This document shows positions 8,776-18,886 of a stretch of DNA of 64,000 nucleotides, piece by piece. The notes under the pieces were generated by a model. That model made no database searches and was not told where the DNA came from. It saw only the letters and a program-made list of their open reading frames with translations. The position numbers and the translations under genes are program-made. Origin of the DNA: an uncultured archaeon (GTDB lineage Archaea; Thermoproteota; Bathyarchaeia; Bathyarchaeales; Bathycorpusculaceae); NCBI GenBank assembly GCA_963782915.1, contig CAWALK010000020.1, forward strand, positions 390,487 through 454,486, given 5' to 3'. Numbering within the stretch: position 1 is the first letter of the stretch; each line of letters opens with the position of its first letter.

Positions 8776-10308
8776 ATGCAAATATCCTCAAGAAAACGCT
8801 GGGTTTCAATTATTTCTTTATTGCTTTTATTATCAGGGTTGCTTTGTATGGGGCCAACTTTTACCGTGAACGCTCAACAGTCAACCCAACCATTTTCCGA
8901 CGACTTCAGCAGTGATTCGGGTCAATGGCAGTATTTAGGAAGCGCCTACAGAAACCAAACAGGCCAGAATCTAGTCTTAACTAATTCTGACAACGAACAT
9001 GCAGGAGTTGCCTTTTTCAATGCACCAATCCAAGGCTCTTTCACAGCTAACTTCCGTTACAAAACTGGTGGAGGATACTGCCAAGGGGATGGATTCACCA
9101 TTTTTTTCTACAAACAGGCTTATTCATCAGTGAATAGTGATAGTAGTGGGAACCATTTAGGATTCAACTCTTTTTCTGTTATTCCCGGATATGGCATCGA
9201 ATTTGACGGCTGGCAAAACATACCTTGGGATTTCGAACAAGTAACCGGCGGAGAACAAAATCCGCAGGGTGACCCATCTTCTAGCCATATCGCGTTAATA
9301 GAAGATTTTACAGGTAATCATTTAACATACGTTGATGACCAAAGAGTTGCCGACAATAATTGGCATAAAGTTACCGTAGAAGTCCAAGCGTCTTCTGTGA
9401 AAGTATACGTTGATGAGGATTTAGTGCTTCAAAGAGAGGGCGCACTAGACCGAACTTATAGTGGATTTGGATTCAGCGGGTCTAATGGCGGATGCGGCAG
9501 CAATTGGCACATAATAGATGACTTCTCAATAACCGCCCAGAACTTAAAGACGCCAACACTAACAACGACCTGCATCAGTTCAAGGTCACAATCAGCTTTT
9601 GAAGTACAAATTAGTGGTGATTTAACATTTAACGGCGCTGGAGTCCCCAATGCACCCGTATTGCTCTCTTATAGCGTAACCGGCGGCGATTCTTGGCAAG
9701 ACCTCACCTCTATCCACACCAAATCAGACGGCAGTTACTCAGCCCTGTGGTTACTTTCCGTCACAGGTGATTATATGTTAAAAGCTGTTTACAAAGGCAG
9801 CGAAAACTATCTCGGCACTACCAATGCAATCAGTTTCTCTATCGAACCGTGTGGAGAACAAAGTGTCTTCTCAGTAACCTCAAACTCAACCCTAAACGAA
9901 TTATCATTCAATCTGGCTAACAAAGAGCTGAGCTTCAGAGTAACAGGGGATTCTACAACAACCGGATACGTGAACGTTTACATTCCTAAATCTCTGATAA
10001 ACGATATCTCAGACCTCAAAATGAGCTTGGACAACAATCAAGTGGACTATACGGTGCAGCCTTTAAGTGAGGGCTGGTTCCTTTACGCTACATACCATCA
10101 CAGCACACATTTAGTAACGATTAATTTAGGGTCAAATGCCAATCCTGCAGAATCGAACGCTCAAAGTACACAAGCGCCAAATACACAAACACAGACACAA
10201 GAACTAGATTGGGTAAAGATCGCCATCTTGGCATCTATGATAGCTCTCGCCGTTATAGTGATCATCACAGCGCTTGTATTTATGAAAAACCAAAAAAATA
10301 AAAAATAA
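8776..10308 (+). CDS. Surface protein: legume-lectin/ConA-like domain, Ig-like domain, C-terminal TM anchor
   Basis: Signal peptide; LVLT...AG, GDGFTIFF, YGIEFD, WHKVTV and FGFSGS motifs of L-type lectins; C-terminal TM with Lys tail. Confidence 0.75.
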   Translation: MQISSRKRWVSIISLLLLLSGLLCMGPTFTVNAQQSTQPFSDDFSSDSGQWQYLGSAYRNQTGQNLVLTNSDNEHAGVAFFNAPIQGSFTANFRYKTGGGYCQGDGFTIFFYKQAYSSVNSDSSGNHLGFNSFSVIPGYGIEFDGWQNIPWDFEQVTGGEQNPQGDPSSSHIALIEDFTGNHLTYVDDQRVADNNWHKVTVEVQASSVKVYVDEDLVLQREGALDRTYSGFGFSGSNGGCGSNWHIIDDFSITAQNLKTPTLTTTCISSRSQSAFEVQISGDLTFNGAGVPNAPVLLSYSVTGGDSWQDLTSIHTKSDGSYSALWLLSVTGDYMLKAVYKGSENYLGTTNAISFSIEPCGEQSVFSVTSNSTLNELSFNLANKELSFRVTGDSTTTGYVNVYIPKSLINDISDLKMSLDNNQVDYTVQPLSEGWFLYATYHHSTHLVTINLGSNANPAESNAQSTQAPNTQTQTQELDWVKIAILASMIALAVIVIITALVFMKNQKNKK

Positions 10309-10319
10309 AAAAAAGTTTT

Positions 10320-11829
10320 TTACATGCCGCTTTTTAGGCGTCTATAAGTCGTGTAATCAACGTATTCGACGAATGGGTTTTCTGCGAGGAATTTGACGTT
10401 GATTTTTTGGCGTCTGCGTTTATCGAGCAATTGACTAGTGGTTCTTAGGACGTATGCGTCGCTGCCTGCGCCTGAACCGTAGCTGGCTACCAAGATGCGT
10501 TCTTCGGGTTTGGCTATGTCAAGGATTGCTGCTAAGCCGACTGGGGATGCGCCGCTGTAGGTGTTGCCGAACTTGTTAATCATCAGTGATGGGCAGTATT
10601 GTTCGTCTTTGAAGCCCAACTCCTTTGCTATGCGTACTGGGAAGGTTGGGTTTGGCTGGTGAGGTACGAAGTAGTTGATGTCGGATGGCTTTGAGGTTTT
10701 GGCGTTCCATGAGTTTAGTGGCTGATTTGCGTACATGTTTGAAGTATGCTGGGTCGCCGGTGAATCTGCCGCCATGCATTGGGTACGGTTCGCCGTCTCT
10801 GCGCCAAAAGTCCGGGGTATCAGATGTGCAGCTGTACCAGCCTTCGACTTCTGCGATGACGTCTTGTTTGCCAAAGATGAATGCTGCACCGCCGTAACCG
10901 ACGAAAGCGTCTAATTCGCCGCCGGGGCATCCTTTTGGTGCTGCTTGGGAGTTGTCTGCGCCGATAACCATGGCGTATTTGATGTTTGAGCGTGGGTAAC
11001 TGACGAGTGCACAGGCGTCTTTGAACATGCTTGTGCCTGCTTTGCAGGCGAATTCTGTGTCGATGGCGTCTACGCTTTGTAGGTCGCCTTCTTCTTCGCC
11101 CAATTTCAGGACTTGTGCGACTTTGGAGGCTATTGGTTTCACTGCGTAGGGGTTGGATTCTGAGCCAACATAGACTTTTCCGACCCAAGCGCTGTCCAGC
11201 CCTGAGTGGATTAATGCAAGTTTGCCTGCTTCAACCGCTGCAGTCACCGCGTCTTCATCGATGAAGGGTACTGCGCGTTCTAAGCCCTCGCCTTTTACGC
11301 GGAAACGCGAAGTGTAAGCGCCGTAGCCGACGATGCCTGGCAACTCGTAGTCTTTGGTTGGTTGGATTACTTTGTATTCTTGGTGTGGATAGTACTCGTC
11401 TGCTAAGGTAAAGGCGAGTGAGATGGTTGGGATAACGTCTGCTTTGCCCACTGAGTAGCGTCTGCGGAATCTTGGAACAACCTCGCGTCCTTCGAGGCTT
11501 GTGAGGTCTACTTTTTCGCCGTCACAGGTTAACTGGTCGGTTAATCTGGCTGGGACACGGATTTTACCGTCGTGGAAAGAGACGATGCCGTAGACGAAGC
11601 TGTTTAGTTTCGAGAATTTGTTAGTGGGTTCGTTGATGAATGTGCAGAGTTCAAGTTTTCCTTTGTCATAGAATAAGTCGATGCTGTCCATTTTGCCGTA
11701 GCTTTTACGACCGCAGACACTGCAGTAATCGCGGACTTCAAAGTATTCTTTGCCACAGCAGCTGCATCGGCTGGCTTTTAATCGGTCGCCTAAATAGGAT
11801 ACTCGACGCTCTATTGGTTCACTGCTCAT
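10320..11829 (-). CDS. HMG-CoA synthase with fused N-terminal DUF35 (Zn-ribbon/OB-fold) domain; one indel near 10690
   Basis: N-terminal CSCCG..CSVCG zinc ribbon plus OB fold; GSES (Glu), EFACKAGT (Cys), PHQPN (His), GNTYSG and SYGSGAGSD all present across the two ORFs. Confidence 0.92.
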
Positions 11830-13028
11830 TGCGTTTTCTCTCCAAGGATGGATACGTAGGCTTTTGTGCCGAAGCCTTCGAATTCGACGATTCCGCCGTA
11901 TTTTAAGCCGCCCGGCACAGTAACTTGGCGTTCTGCTGCTTCTCCGCGGAGTTGGCGGTAGATTTCATAGATTTGTGCTCCGCCGGTTGCGCCAAGTGGG
12001 TTGCCGTTTGCTTTTAAGCCGCCGTCTGTGTTAACGTGGACTTGTTTGCCGCTTAATTCGTAGCTGGTTTGGTTGTTGAGGTAGCTTTCATGGATGCTCT
12101 TCCATGCGGTGCCGGGTGCGCATAAGCCGAGGTCTTCGAGGGTAACCATCTCCATCATGGTGGATTGGTCGTTAAGTTCCCAAAGCGGTATGTCTGAAGC
12201 GGCAACTTTGGCGGTTTGGGTTGCGTTTTTCATTGCTAATTCGGTAGCTACGAAGCGTGAGAGGTCTTCGCGTGATGAGTAGTTGAGGTAATCTGTGGCT
12301 GAACCTGAAGCTAAAACAAACACCGGGCGGTTAGTCATTCTGTTAGCTACACTCTCGCTTGTTAGGATGACTGCTGAGGCGCCGTCTGACATCGGAGCGA
12401 AATCGTATAGACCCAACGGTTTATGCGCTGCTTTACGTGCGTTTATAACTTGTTCAACGGTAATTTTTCTTTGGAACTGTGCATACTTGTTTTTGACGGC
12501 GTTGGCGTGGTTCTTAACTGAGACTTGGGCGAGGGCTACGTTGAGTTTTTCTATGTCTTGCCCTTGTAAGCCGTGTTTTTTGATGTATGCACGCATCATG
12601 AGTTCATGGTTGGATTCCGGGGTTCCGCCGGCGTAGTAGCTCCATGGGTCGTCTAGGAGCATGAGGTCGTCGCGGATTTTGTCCCAGCGATCCGACATTT
12701 TCTCTATGCCGCCGACAAGCACCGTATTGTAGACTCCTGCCTGAATCGCGTGGCATGCAGTCATTAGGGCGGCGCTAAAACTGCGGGTGACCTCCATGGG
12801 TACATGCAACTCAGTTAATTCTGAGAGGAAACCCTCTTCGAGGCCGAGTTTGTTTGTGATTGGTAAGAAGCAATCAGACATGTAACAAGCTTGTAGATCT
12901 TTGCGTTCCATGTTACATTCCTTAGATGCGGCAAGCCAAGCTTCCTCGATGAGTTTCGCGGGTTCTTTACCGTAGTGCTCACCGAACTTGGTTCTGCCGA
13001 CAGCAACTATGGCTGGGCGGTTTTGCAT
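11826..13028 (-). CDS. Thiolase-family (archaeal/SCP2-type) protein lacking catalytic residues
   Basis: GRTKFG, GIEKM, KNHANA.KN.YAQ, SDGASA, VNTDGGL and QLRGEA are conserved, but there is no nucleophilic Cys motif and His is replaced by Asn in ELND and GNP. Confidence 0.88.
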   Translation of the reverse strand: MQNRPAIVAVGRTKFGEHYGKEPAKLIEEAWLAASKECNMERKDLQACYMSDCFLPITNKLGLEEGFLSELTELHVPMEVTRSFSAALMTACHAIQAGVYNTVLVGGIEKMSDRWDKIRDDLMLLDDPWSYYAGGTPESNHELMMRAYIKKHGLQGQDIEKLNVALAQVSVKNHANAVKNKYAQFQRKITVEQVINARKAAHKPLGLYDFAPMSDGASAVILTSESVANRMTNRPVFVLASGSATDYLNYSSREDLSRFVATELAMKNATQTAKVAASDIPLWELNDQSTMMEMVTLEDLGLCAPGTAWKSIHESYLNNQTSYELSGKQVHVNTDGGLKANGNPLGATGGAQIYEIYRQLRGEAAERQVTVPGGLKYGGIVEFEGFGTKAYVSILGEKTQ

Positions 13029-13166
13029 AACGTATGTGCTTCCCTGTTTGTGTTAGCATAGAAGATTTTCAAAAACACCTATTAAGTGTTTGCCATATTC
13101 AAAGAAATTTGGGGCGATGGGCTAATATAGAGAGAAATCAGATACAATGTGCAAGGGAGAGAAAGC

Positions 13167-13328
13167 ATGGGTAAAATTAAGGGAGCACTAGCGGGACTCC
13201 AGCACCGAGTAGACGGTTTCTTGTATACCTGTGAATACATTAAGGAATGCGATAAGACTACTCCGCAGTGCCGTGAGGGCGGGAACAGTTACTGCGGCGA
13301 ATACAAAAAACGCAGCCGCACAAAATAG
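13167..13328 (+). CDS. Small 4-Cys protein (53 aa)
   Basis: MGKIKGALAGLQHRVDGFLYTCEYIKECDKTTPQCREGGNSYCGEYKKRSRTK*, purine-rich GGGAGAG upstream; below the ORF-track cutoff. Confidence 0.55.
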   Translation: MGKIKGALAGLQHRVDGFLYTCEYIKECDKTTPQCREGGNSYCGEYKKRSRTK

Positions 13329-13392
13329 TTGCTTAAACCGTGTGGTTATGGTTTATTTCTTTCTCTGTTATCTGCGCCTTTAAGCGTTTCAA

Positions 13393-14733
13393 TCAGCTTT
13401 TGCAGTTTTCGCTAAGTTCTACGGGATACGCCGGTGCATTAGTCAAAACTTTGTATTGCTGAGGCAACTTTTTGAGGTTTTCAGCGGCGAAGCTGCGGAT
13501 TTCCTCAAGCGAGGGCAACGCTATCAATAATTTGCCCTTATCCATCACTTTAACAAGCAGTGGCTCTCCCATCGCGGATTCATCTGTCAAAGCAATAGTA
13601 TCCCGTTTGAATGTGCCGTCGCCGTTGGTGAAACGGTAAACTTGTTTTCTGCCGGGCAGGGTTATTTTGTCTTTGCTGAGCTTCATAATCGGGGCGAAGG
13701 TGCCGTCTGCTTTTTGGGTTTCACAGAGCTTATAGATCCCATCCAAATAGGGCCGGTCCGCGCTGGTGCCCATCTTTGTGCCTACGCCAAAAGAATCAAT
13801 CGGAGCGTCAGCAGAGAGCAACTCAGTAACTTTGTATTCGTCGAGGTCTCCGCTGGCAAAAATTTTGGCAAATTGCAGGTTTTGGGCATCGAGGATTTTT
13901 CGGATTTTTTTGCTGGACTCAGCCAAGTTTCCGCTGTCTAACCTGACGCCGCCTAAACGTATGCCCTTAGCTTGAAGCTCTTTGGCGACGACTACCGCTT
14001 TTTCTGCCCCTGCAATGTCGTCGTATGTGTCGATGAGTAGGGTGGATTTGTCCGGGAAGGTTTTGGCGAATGCTCGGAAGGCATCGATTTCTTTGGGATA
14101 AGACATGATGAAGCTATGTGCCATGGTGCCAAACACCGGGATACCATAGGTCATGCCTGCTAGGACGTTGCTGGTGCCTTGGCAGCCTGCGATGTAGCTG
14201 CTGCGTGCGACTTTCATGCCTGCGTCGATTCCCGGTTCCCGGCGGAGGCCGAATTCGATGACAGCTTTACCTTTTGCTGCGGTTACTACGCGGCTGGCTT
14301 TGGATGCAATCATCGTTTGGTGATTAATCGAGTTAAGCAGGAAAGTTTCGACCAGTTGCGCCTCGATAATAGGTGCAGTTATGCGGATGAGCGGTTCATT
14401 CGGAAAGGCGATTGTTCCTTCGGGGAGCGCCCAAACTTCGCCTGTAAACTTGAAGTTTCTCAGGTAATCGAGGAAATCCTCTTGGAACCCCTGGTTTTTT
14501 AAGTAAGAAAGGTGTTCCTCGGTGAATTTGATGGATTGTAAGTAGCCTAATGCTTCTTCTAGGCCTGCGAAGAGGAAGTAGCTGCGGTTTTCAGGCAAGC
14601 GACGGATGAAAAGGTCGAATGTGGCGGTTTCAAAGTTTTGGTTGTCGAAGTAGGCGGCGCACATGGTGAGTTCATAGTAGTCTGTGAAGAGGCTCATGTT
14701 TTCCTCTTTTAGGTAGCCCAGAAACGGTTTCAT
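13393..14733 (-). CDS. pncB: Nicotinate phosphoribosyltransferase
   Basis: TDYYELTM, EFGLRR, GTMAHS, LIDTYD, VRLDSG, SGDLDE, FGVGT; C-terminus may extend to about 13346 across an indel. Confidence 0.95.
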   Translation of the reverse strand: MKPFLGYLKEENMSLFTDYYELTMCAAYFDNQNFETATFDLFIRRLPENRSYFLFAGLEEALGYLQSIKFTEEHLSYLKNQGFQEDFLDYLRNFKFTGEVWALPEGTIAFPNEPLIRITAPIIEAQLVETFLLNSINHQTMIASKASRVVTAAKGKAVIEFGLRREPGIDAGMKVARSSYIAGCQGTSNVLAGMTYGIPVFGTMAHSFIMSYPKEIDAFRAFAKTFPDKSTLLIDTYDDIAGAEKAVVVAKELQAKGIRLGGVRLDSGNLAESSKKIRKILDAQNLQFAKIFASGDLDEYKVTELLSADAPIDSFGVGTKMGTSADRPYLDGIYKLCETQKADGTFAPIMKLSKDKITLPGRKQVYRFTNGDGTFKRDTIALTDESAMGEPLLVKVMDKGKLLIALPSLEEIRSFAAENLKKLPQQYKVLTNAPAYPVELSENCKS

Positions 14734-14885
14734 GGGTATGTAGAGTTCTGGTTTGCGATTTAATTCTTTCCTCGACTGCCATGGCTGAAAACTTTGTTAA
14801 TAGTGATTATTCGGTGTTCTAATGCGTAGATTTAAATGCAGAACCGCTAACTGACACATCAAGGGGTAGATAGTAAACGCCGCTA

Positions 14886-17787
14886 CTGTATCCAATCAAA
14901 CATGTATTTCGAAACTGGAAACTATTCGCTGCACTTTTAATAGGAATCGCACTTGCTGCAACCTTTTTCGCCGGCATAGGCGTTAAAGCTAACGTGGCTG
15001 CCGAGGATTCTCTGGATAAACAGATCAGTTCAGTCATGGTTGATATGAGTTCCCGGATTCAACTTAACATGTCAAACCTTGGGCTTGCCTACAAAGACAT
15101 CACAAATGTCGAGGGCGTTAAGGACGTTGATTATTTAGCGACTTTTTCTTCGCCAGTTGGGTTACCTGCAAATAATTATTCTGGTATGGGTTATTATTCG
15201 CAGATAGTGAGTTTTCCTAATAATTCAAGAGTTCTCAATGAATGGACAAATAAGCCCTCTGATGGGATACCTACGAACTACACCTATGTGATGGCTGGTA
15301 GTAACCTCGCGAAAAGTGTCAAGGTTGGCGATATCATAACAACAATGCTTACTTTCAATAGCCCCAAATATTACAACCAAACTACCTTTTACCTTAATTT
15401 GACAGTAGCCGGTGAGATTGAATTAACCGATAAAGGCTACTCACTAGTTAGCGGCAACACCTATGCTATAGACTCCCGATCTTCCTTGGGTTCTTACAGA
15501 AATGACATTTTGGTTGTTGACTGGGATAATACTCTACAGCCTCTCTGGAAAAGTGCCCTTGACAGCAGCACCGTTGACCTCCAATTCTACATTGACGTTG
15601 ACCGAGAAAGCATAATTAGCCCCTGGAACGTACAAACATCAGTAACAAAAATAAACCAAATTGCCGATAGAATCCAAAACAAGATTCTGGCAAACTATCT
15701 TTCATGGGGCTATGTAAATAACCAATTGGGTAATGCACTCCAAAATTACCAAAGCAACCTATCTGGTTTCACTATTAGTTTCGCCGTTGTTTCATTCCCC
15801 ATATTCATCTTGGCATGGTATCTCGGCAAAACAGTATCAGACGTATCCTTTAACATCCGTAGACGAGAAATCGGTCTTCTATCCACCAAAGGCTTATCCA
15901 GTGGCCAAATCCAGCGGATGTTCCTCTCCGAAGCCATAATAATAGGTTTAATGGGTGGATTCCTTGGTGTCATCGGGGGTTTACTGCTCAACCAGTACTA
16001 TTCTGGCTCTGTAAACCTTAACAGCCTCTTCACAGGTAAACTGTTTAGCCCCGAGATTGCCCTGTTCACCGTTATCTTCGGTGTAATTTTGGCGCTTATT
16101 TCAGTGTTTCTATCTTCCCGCCGAGCTTCAAGAATACCTGCAGTTGAGGCATTAAGAAATGACATGTCCGCCGGCGATAAGCCAAATCGCAAAATATTCC
16201 CGTTGATAGCATTGATTCTTGGCACTTACGCTGTCATAATATACCTTTTCGGATTAAACGTCCCCGCAGCTTTCAGCAACTGGTTATACGCTGGAGGAAA
16301 CATGTACCTCATGGTATTAACTTTACCAATAAGCTTGATTGACCAATTTTTGAGGTTCTTTGGGCCTTTACTCTTTTTCTGGGGCTTCTGTACCCTAATA
16401 ATTCGTGACTCTACAAAATTCCAAACGGTTGTGTCCAAAATCGCATCTGTCATGGGTGACTTGGGCGCATTAGCAGCTAAGAACGTACGGCGGAACCCTG
16501 GTCGCTTGGCAGCCTTAGCTTTCATAGTTGCTTTAGTCATGGGTCTAGGTGTCCAAGTAACAGGCCAGATAGCCAGCCAAAAAGACTACATAGTCAGGGA
16601 CTTGCAGGCACAAGTTGGCGCAGATATAGTCGTTAACTTGGCGAATGCTACAGAAGGTCAAATTGTCCTAAACCACTTGATAGCTAACATTTCCGGCATC
16701 CAAAATGCAACGGTGGAACGTATACTAAACCCAAGAATCGAAGGAGGCGACAACAACTATGGACCCACGATGAAGCTGAAAACTATTGACCCAACCACTT
16801 GGGAGCTATCGGCTCACTATGAAGAAGGCTGGTTCAGCGGTAACAACCTCCAAGACGCCCTGAAAACAATGAAAGCAGACAACAGCACAGTCATCGTTAG
16901 CCGTACCTTAGCTAAACAGTATGATTGGAAACTCTATGACCAAATAGGCGTCAACTTCAATTCAGCCGCACGCAAACTAAAGATTGTCGGGTTCTTTGGA
17001 CCCGAACCTGCAGACAATGCAAATACACCCTACTACCAATCATCACCTGCAATATCCATCGCGGAGGACAGATACACAACAAGCATTCTACCCTCCTACT
17101 ATCGAAAGCGGGTATTATCAACCAACTGACTGCTTCGCCCCAAGAGACCTCTTCAACGTAACAGGTGCAGACAGCGGCATCTACAAACTAGAAAATTTCG
17201 AAACTAACATACTAATCAAACTACAGCCAGGCGTCAACGGAGCTGCAGTAGCACAACAAATCCGCAACTTAGACCTCAACATAAACACTGTCACCTCATT
17301 CGACGAAGAATGGCAAAGCTCCTCAGAAATGAACAACCTCGCAACATACACCAGCCTACAAACCCTCGACATCCAAAGCTTCGGCCTTATATTCGCCGTA
17401 ATCTCCGCCTCCGTGGGAACAGCCCTCATCGCCATCGTCAGCCTAAAGGAACGCAATCGCGAAGCCACACTCATGAGCGTCCGCGGCTTATCCTATCGCC
17501 AACTAGTCTGGATGTTCCTAACAGAGAGCATGGCAATTATCACCTTCGCAGCCATCCTCGGCGTAGTGGTAGGCGTAATAATCGTCTATGGCACAGTAGC
17601 AATGGCTAACAACTCTGCAGGAATATACTCAGTATCTCTGGTCACTCAACGCTTAATCTTCCCCGCTGACGCAGTCGCAACAATCGGCACCTACGCCCTG
17701 TTAATCTATGCCTCCACAATTGGGGCAATCATAGTAATGTCGTATCAATACGTCACAAAACTAGAAAAGATGGTTAGAACAAGATGA
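14886..17787 (+). CDS. FtsX/MacB-type ABC transporter permease, two permease repeats (indel near 17100)
   Basis: RRREIGLLSTKG and RNREATLMSVRG repeats; frame is open upstream of 14994 (LYPIKHVFRNWKLFAALLIG TM) back to CTG 14886 / ACG 14877. Confidence 0.85.
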
Positions 17788-18686
17788 GCGCAAACAATAA
17801 CATAAAAATCCGTGATTTAGTCAAAATCCATCATACAGGAAAAATCGAAGTCCAAGCCCTCCGAGGCTTAAACTTGGATATTTCCTCAGGCGAACTTGTC
17901 TCCATCATCGGCCCCTCGGGCAGCGGCAAATCCACGCTACTCAACATCATCGGCGGCTTAGACAAAGCAACAGCAGGCACCGTAACCGTCGGCGAAAAAA
18001 CCGTAACCAACCTATCCGTCCGCCAACTAGTCGATTACAGAAGAAAAATGGTCGGCCACATCTTCCAAAACCTCAACTTAATCCCCACATTGACAGCGCA
18101 AGAAAACATCGAATTCTCCATGGTAGCTTCAGGCGTCAAACGGGGGAAACGCAAACAACGAGTCGAAGAATTACTAGACACCGTTGGCTTAAAAGACCGC
18201 GCCCACCACAAACCCGAAGAACTCAGCGGCGGAGAACAACAAAGAATCGCCATCGCCAGCGCATTAGCCAACGACGCACCAGTCCTCCTAGCAGATGAAC
18301 CCACAGGCGAATTAGACACTGCAAACGCCAAACTCATCGCAGAATACCTTGTTAAAGTGAATCGTGACTTCAAAAAAACCATCGTTATGGTTACCCATGA
18401 CCCCAGCGTCGCCAGAGTATCAAGCAGAATACTGCGCATCGAAGACGGCCTAATAAAAACCTCGTTGGCACCTTCCGACGTTATTGTGCAGGAGAAAGCT
18501 CATTCCTACGTGGACCAAATCAAAGAGCGCATCATGGAAATCAACACTCAACTAACCCAGCTAGACAGCGACTTCCGCGGCGAAAGAATTGAAGGCGACG
18601 AATACATGCAGAAACGCCAAACCCTCAAACACGTCAGAGACAGCCTCAGAGAAGAATGCTCAAGAATGGGCGTCATCCCACCCTAA
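17784..18686 (+). CDS. ABC transporter ATP-binding protein (LolD/MacB type) with C-terminal helical extension
   Basis: GPSGSGKS, LSGGEQQR, LLADEPTG, VTHD. Confidence 0.95.
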   Translation: MSANNNIKIRDLVKIHHTGKIEVQALRGLNLDISSGELVSIIGPSGSGKSTLLNIIGGLDKATAGTVTVGEKTVTNLSVRQLVDYRRKMVGHIFQNLNLIPTLTAQENIEFSMVASGVKRGKRKQRVEELLDTVGLKDRAHHKPEELSGGEQQRIAIASALANDAPVLLADEPTGELDTANAKLIAEYLVKVNRDFKKTIVMVTHDPSVARVSSRILRIEDGLIKTSLAPSDVIVQEKAHSYVDQIKERIMEINTQLTQLDSDFRGERIEGDEYMQKRQTLKHVRDSLREECSRMGVIPP

Positions 18687-18717
18687 TCCCCTTTTATCAG
18701 TTGATCAATAGTTTATT

Positions 18718-18859
18718 GGCTTGTTCTGCTTGCAGGTTATTGCACAACCAGTCTTCAACTTGAAGACCGCTTAGAAAACAAAAAGCAACTGTTCCCTTAG
18801 TCTGTTGGTTGTTGTTGTGTATAGGCGGTTTTTGGCAACAACACACTGTAGAAAAACAG
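18718..18859 (+). repeat. Dispersed ~140-bp intergenic repeat, copy C
   Basis: TTGTTCTGCTTGCAGGTTATTGCACAACC...AAAAAGCAA..., then hairpin GGTTGTTGTTG (18807-18817) / CAACAACA (18836-18843), then TAGAAAAAC. Confidence 0.8.
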
Positions 18860-18886
18860 ATAACCCCCAACTTTAATTTTACCGTT

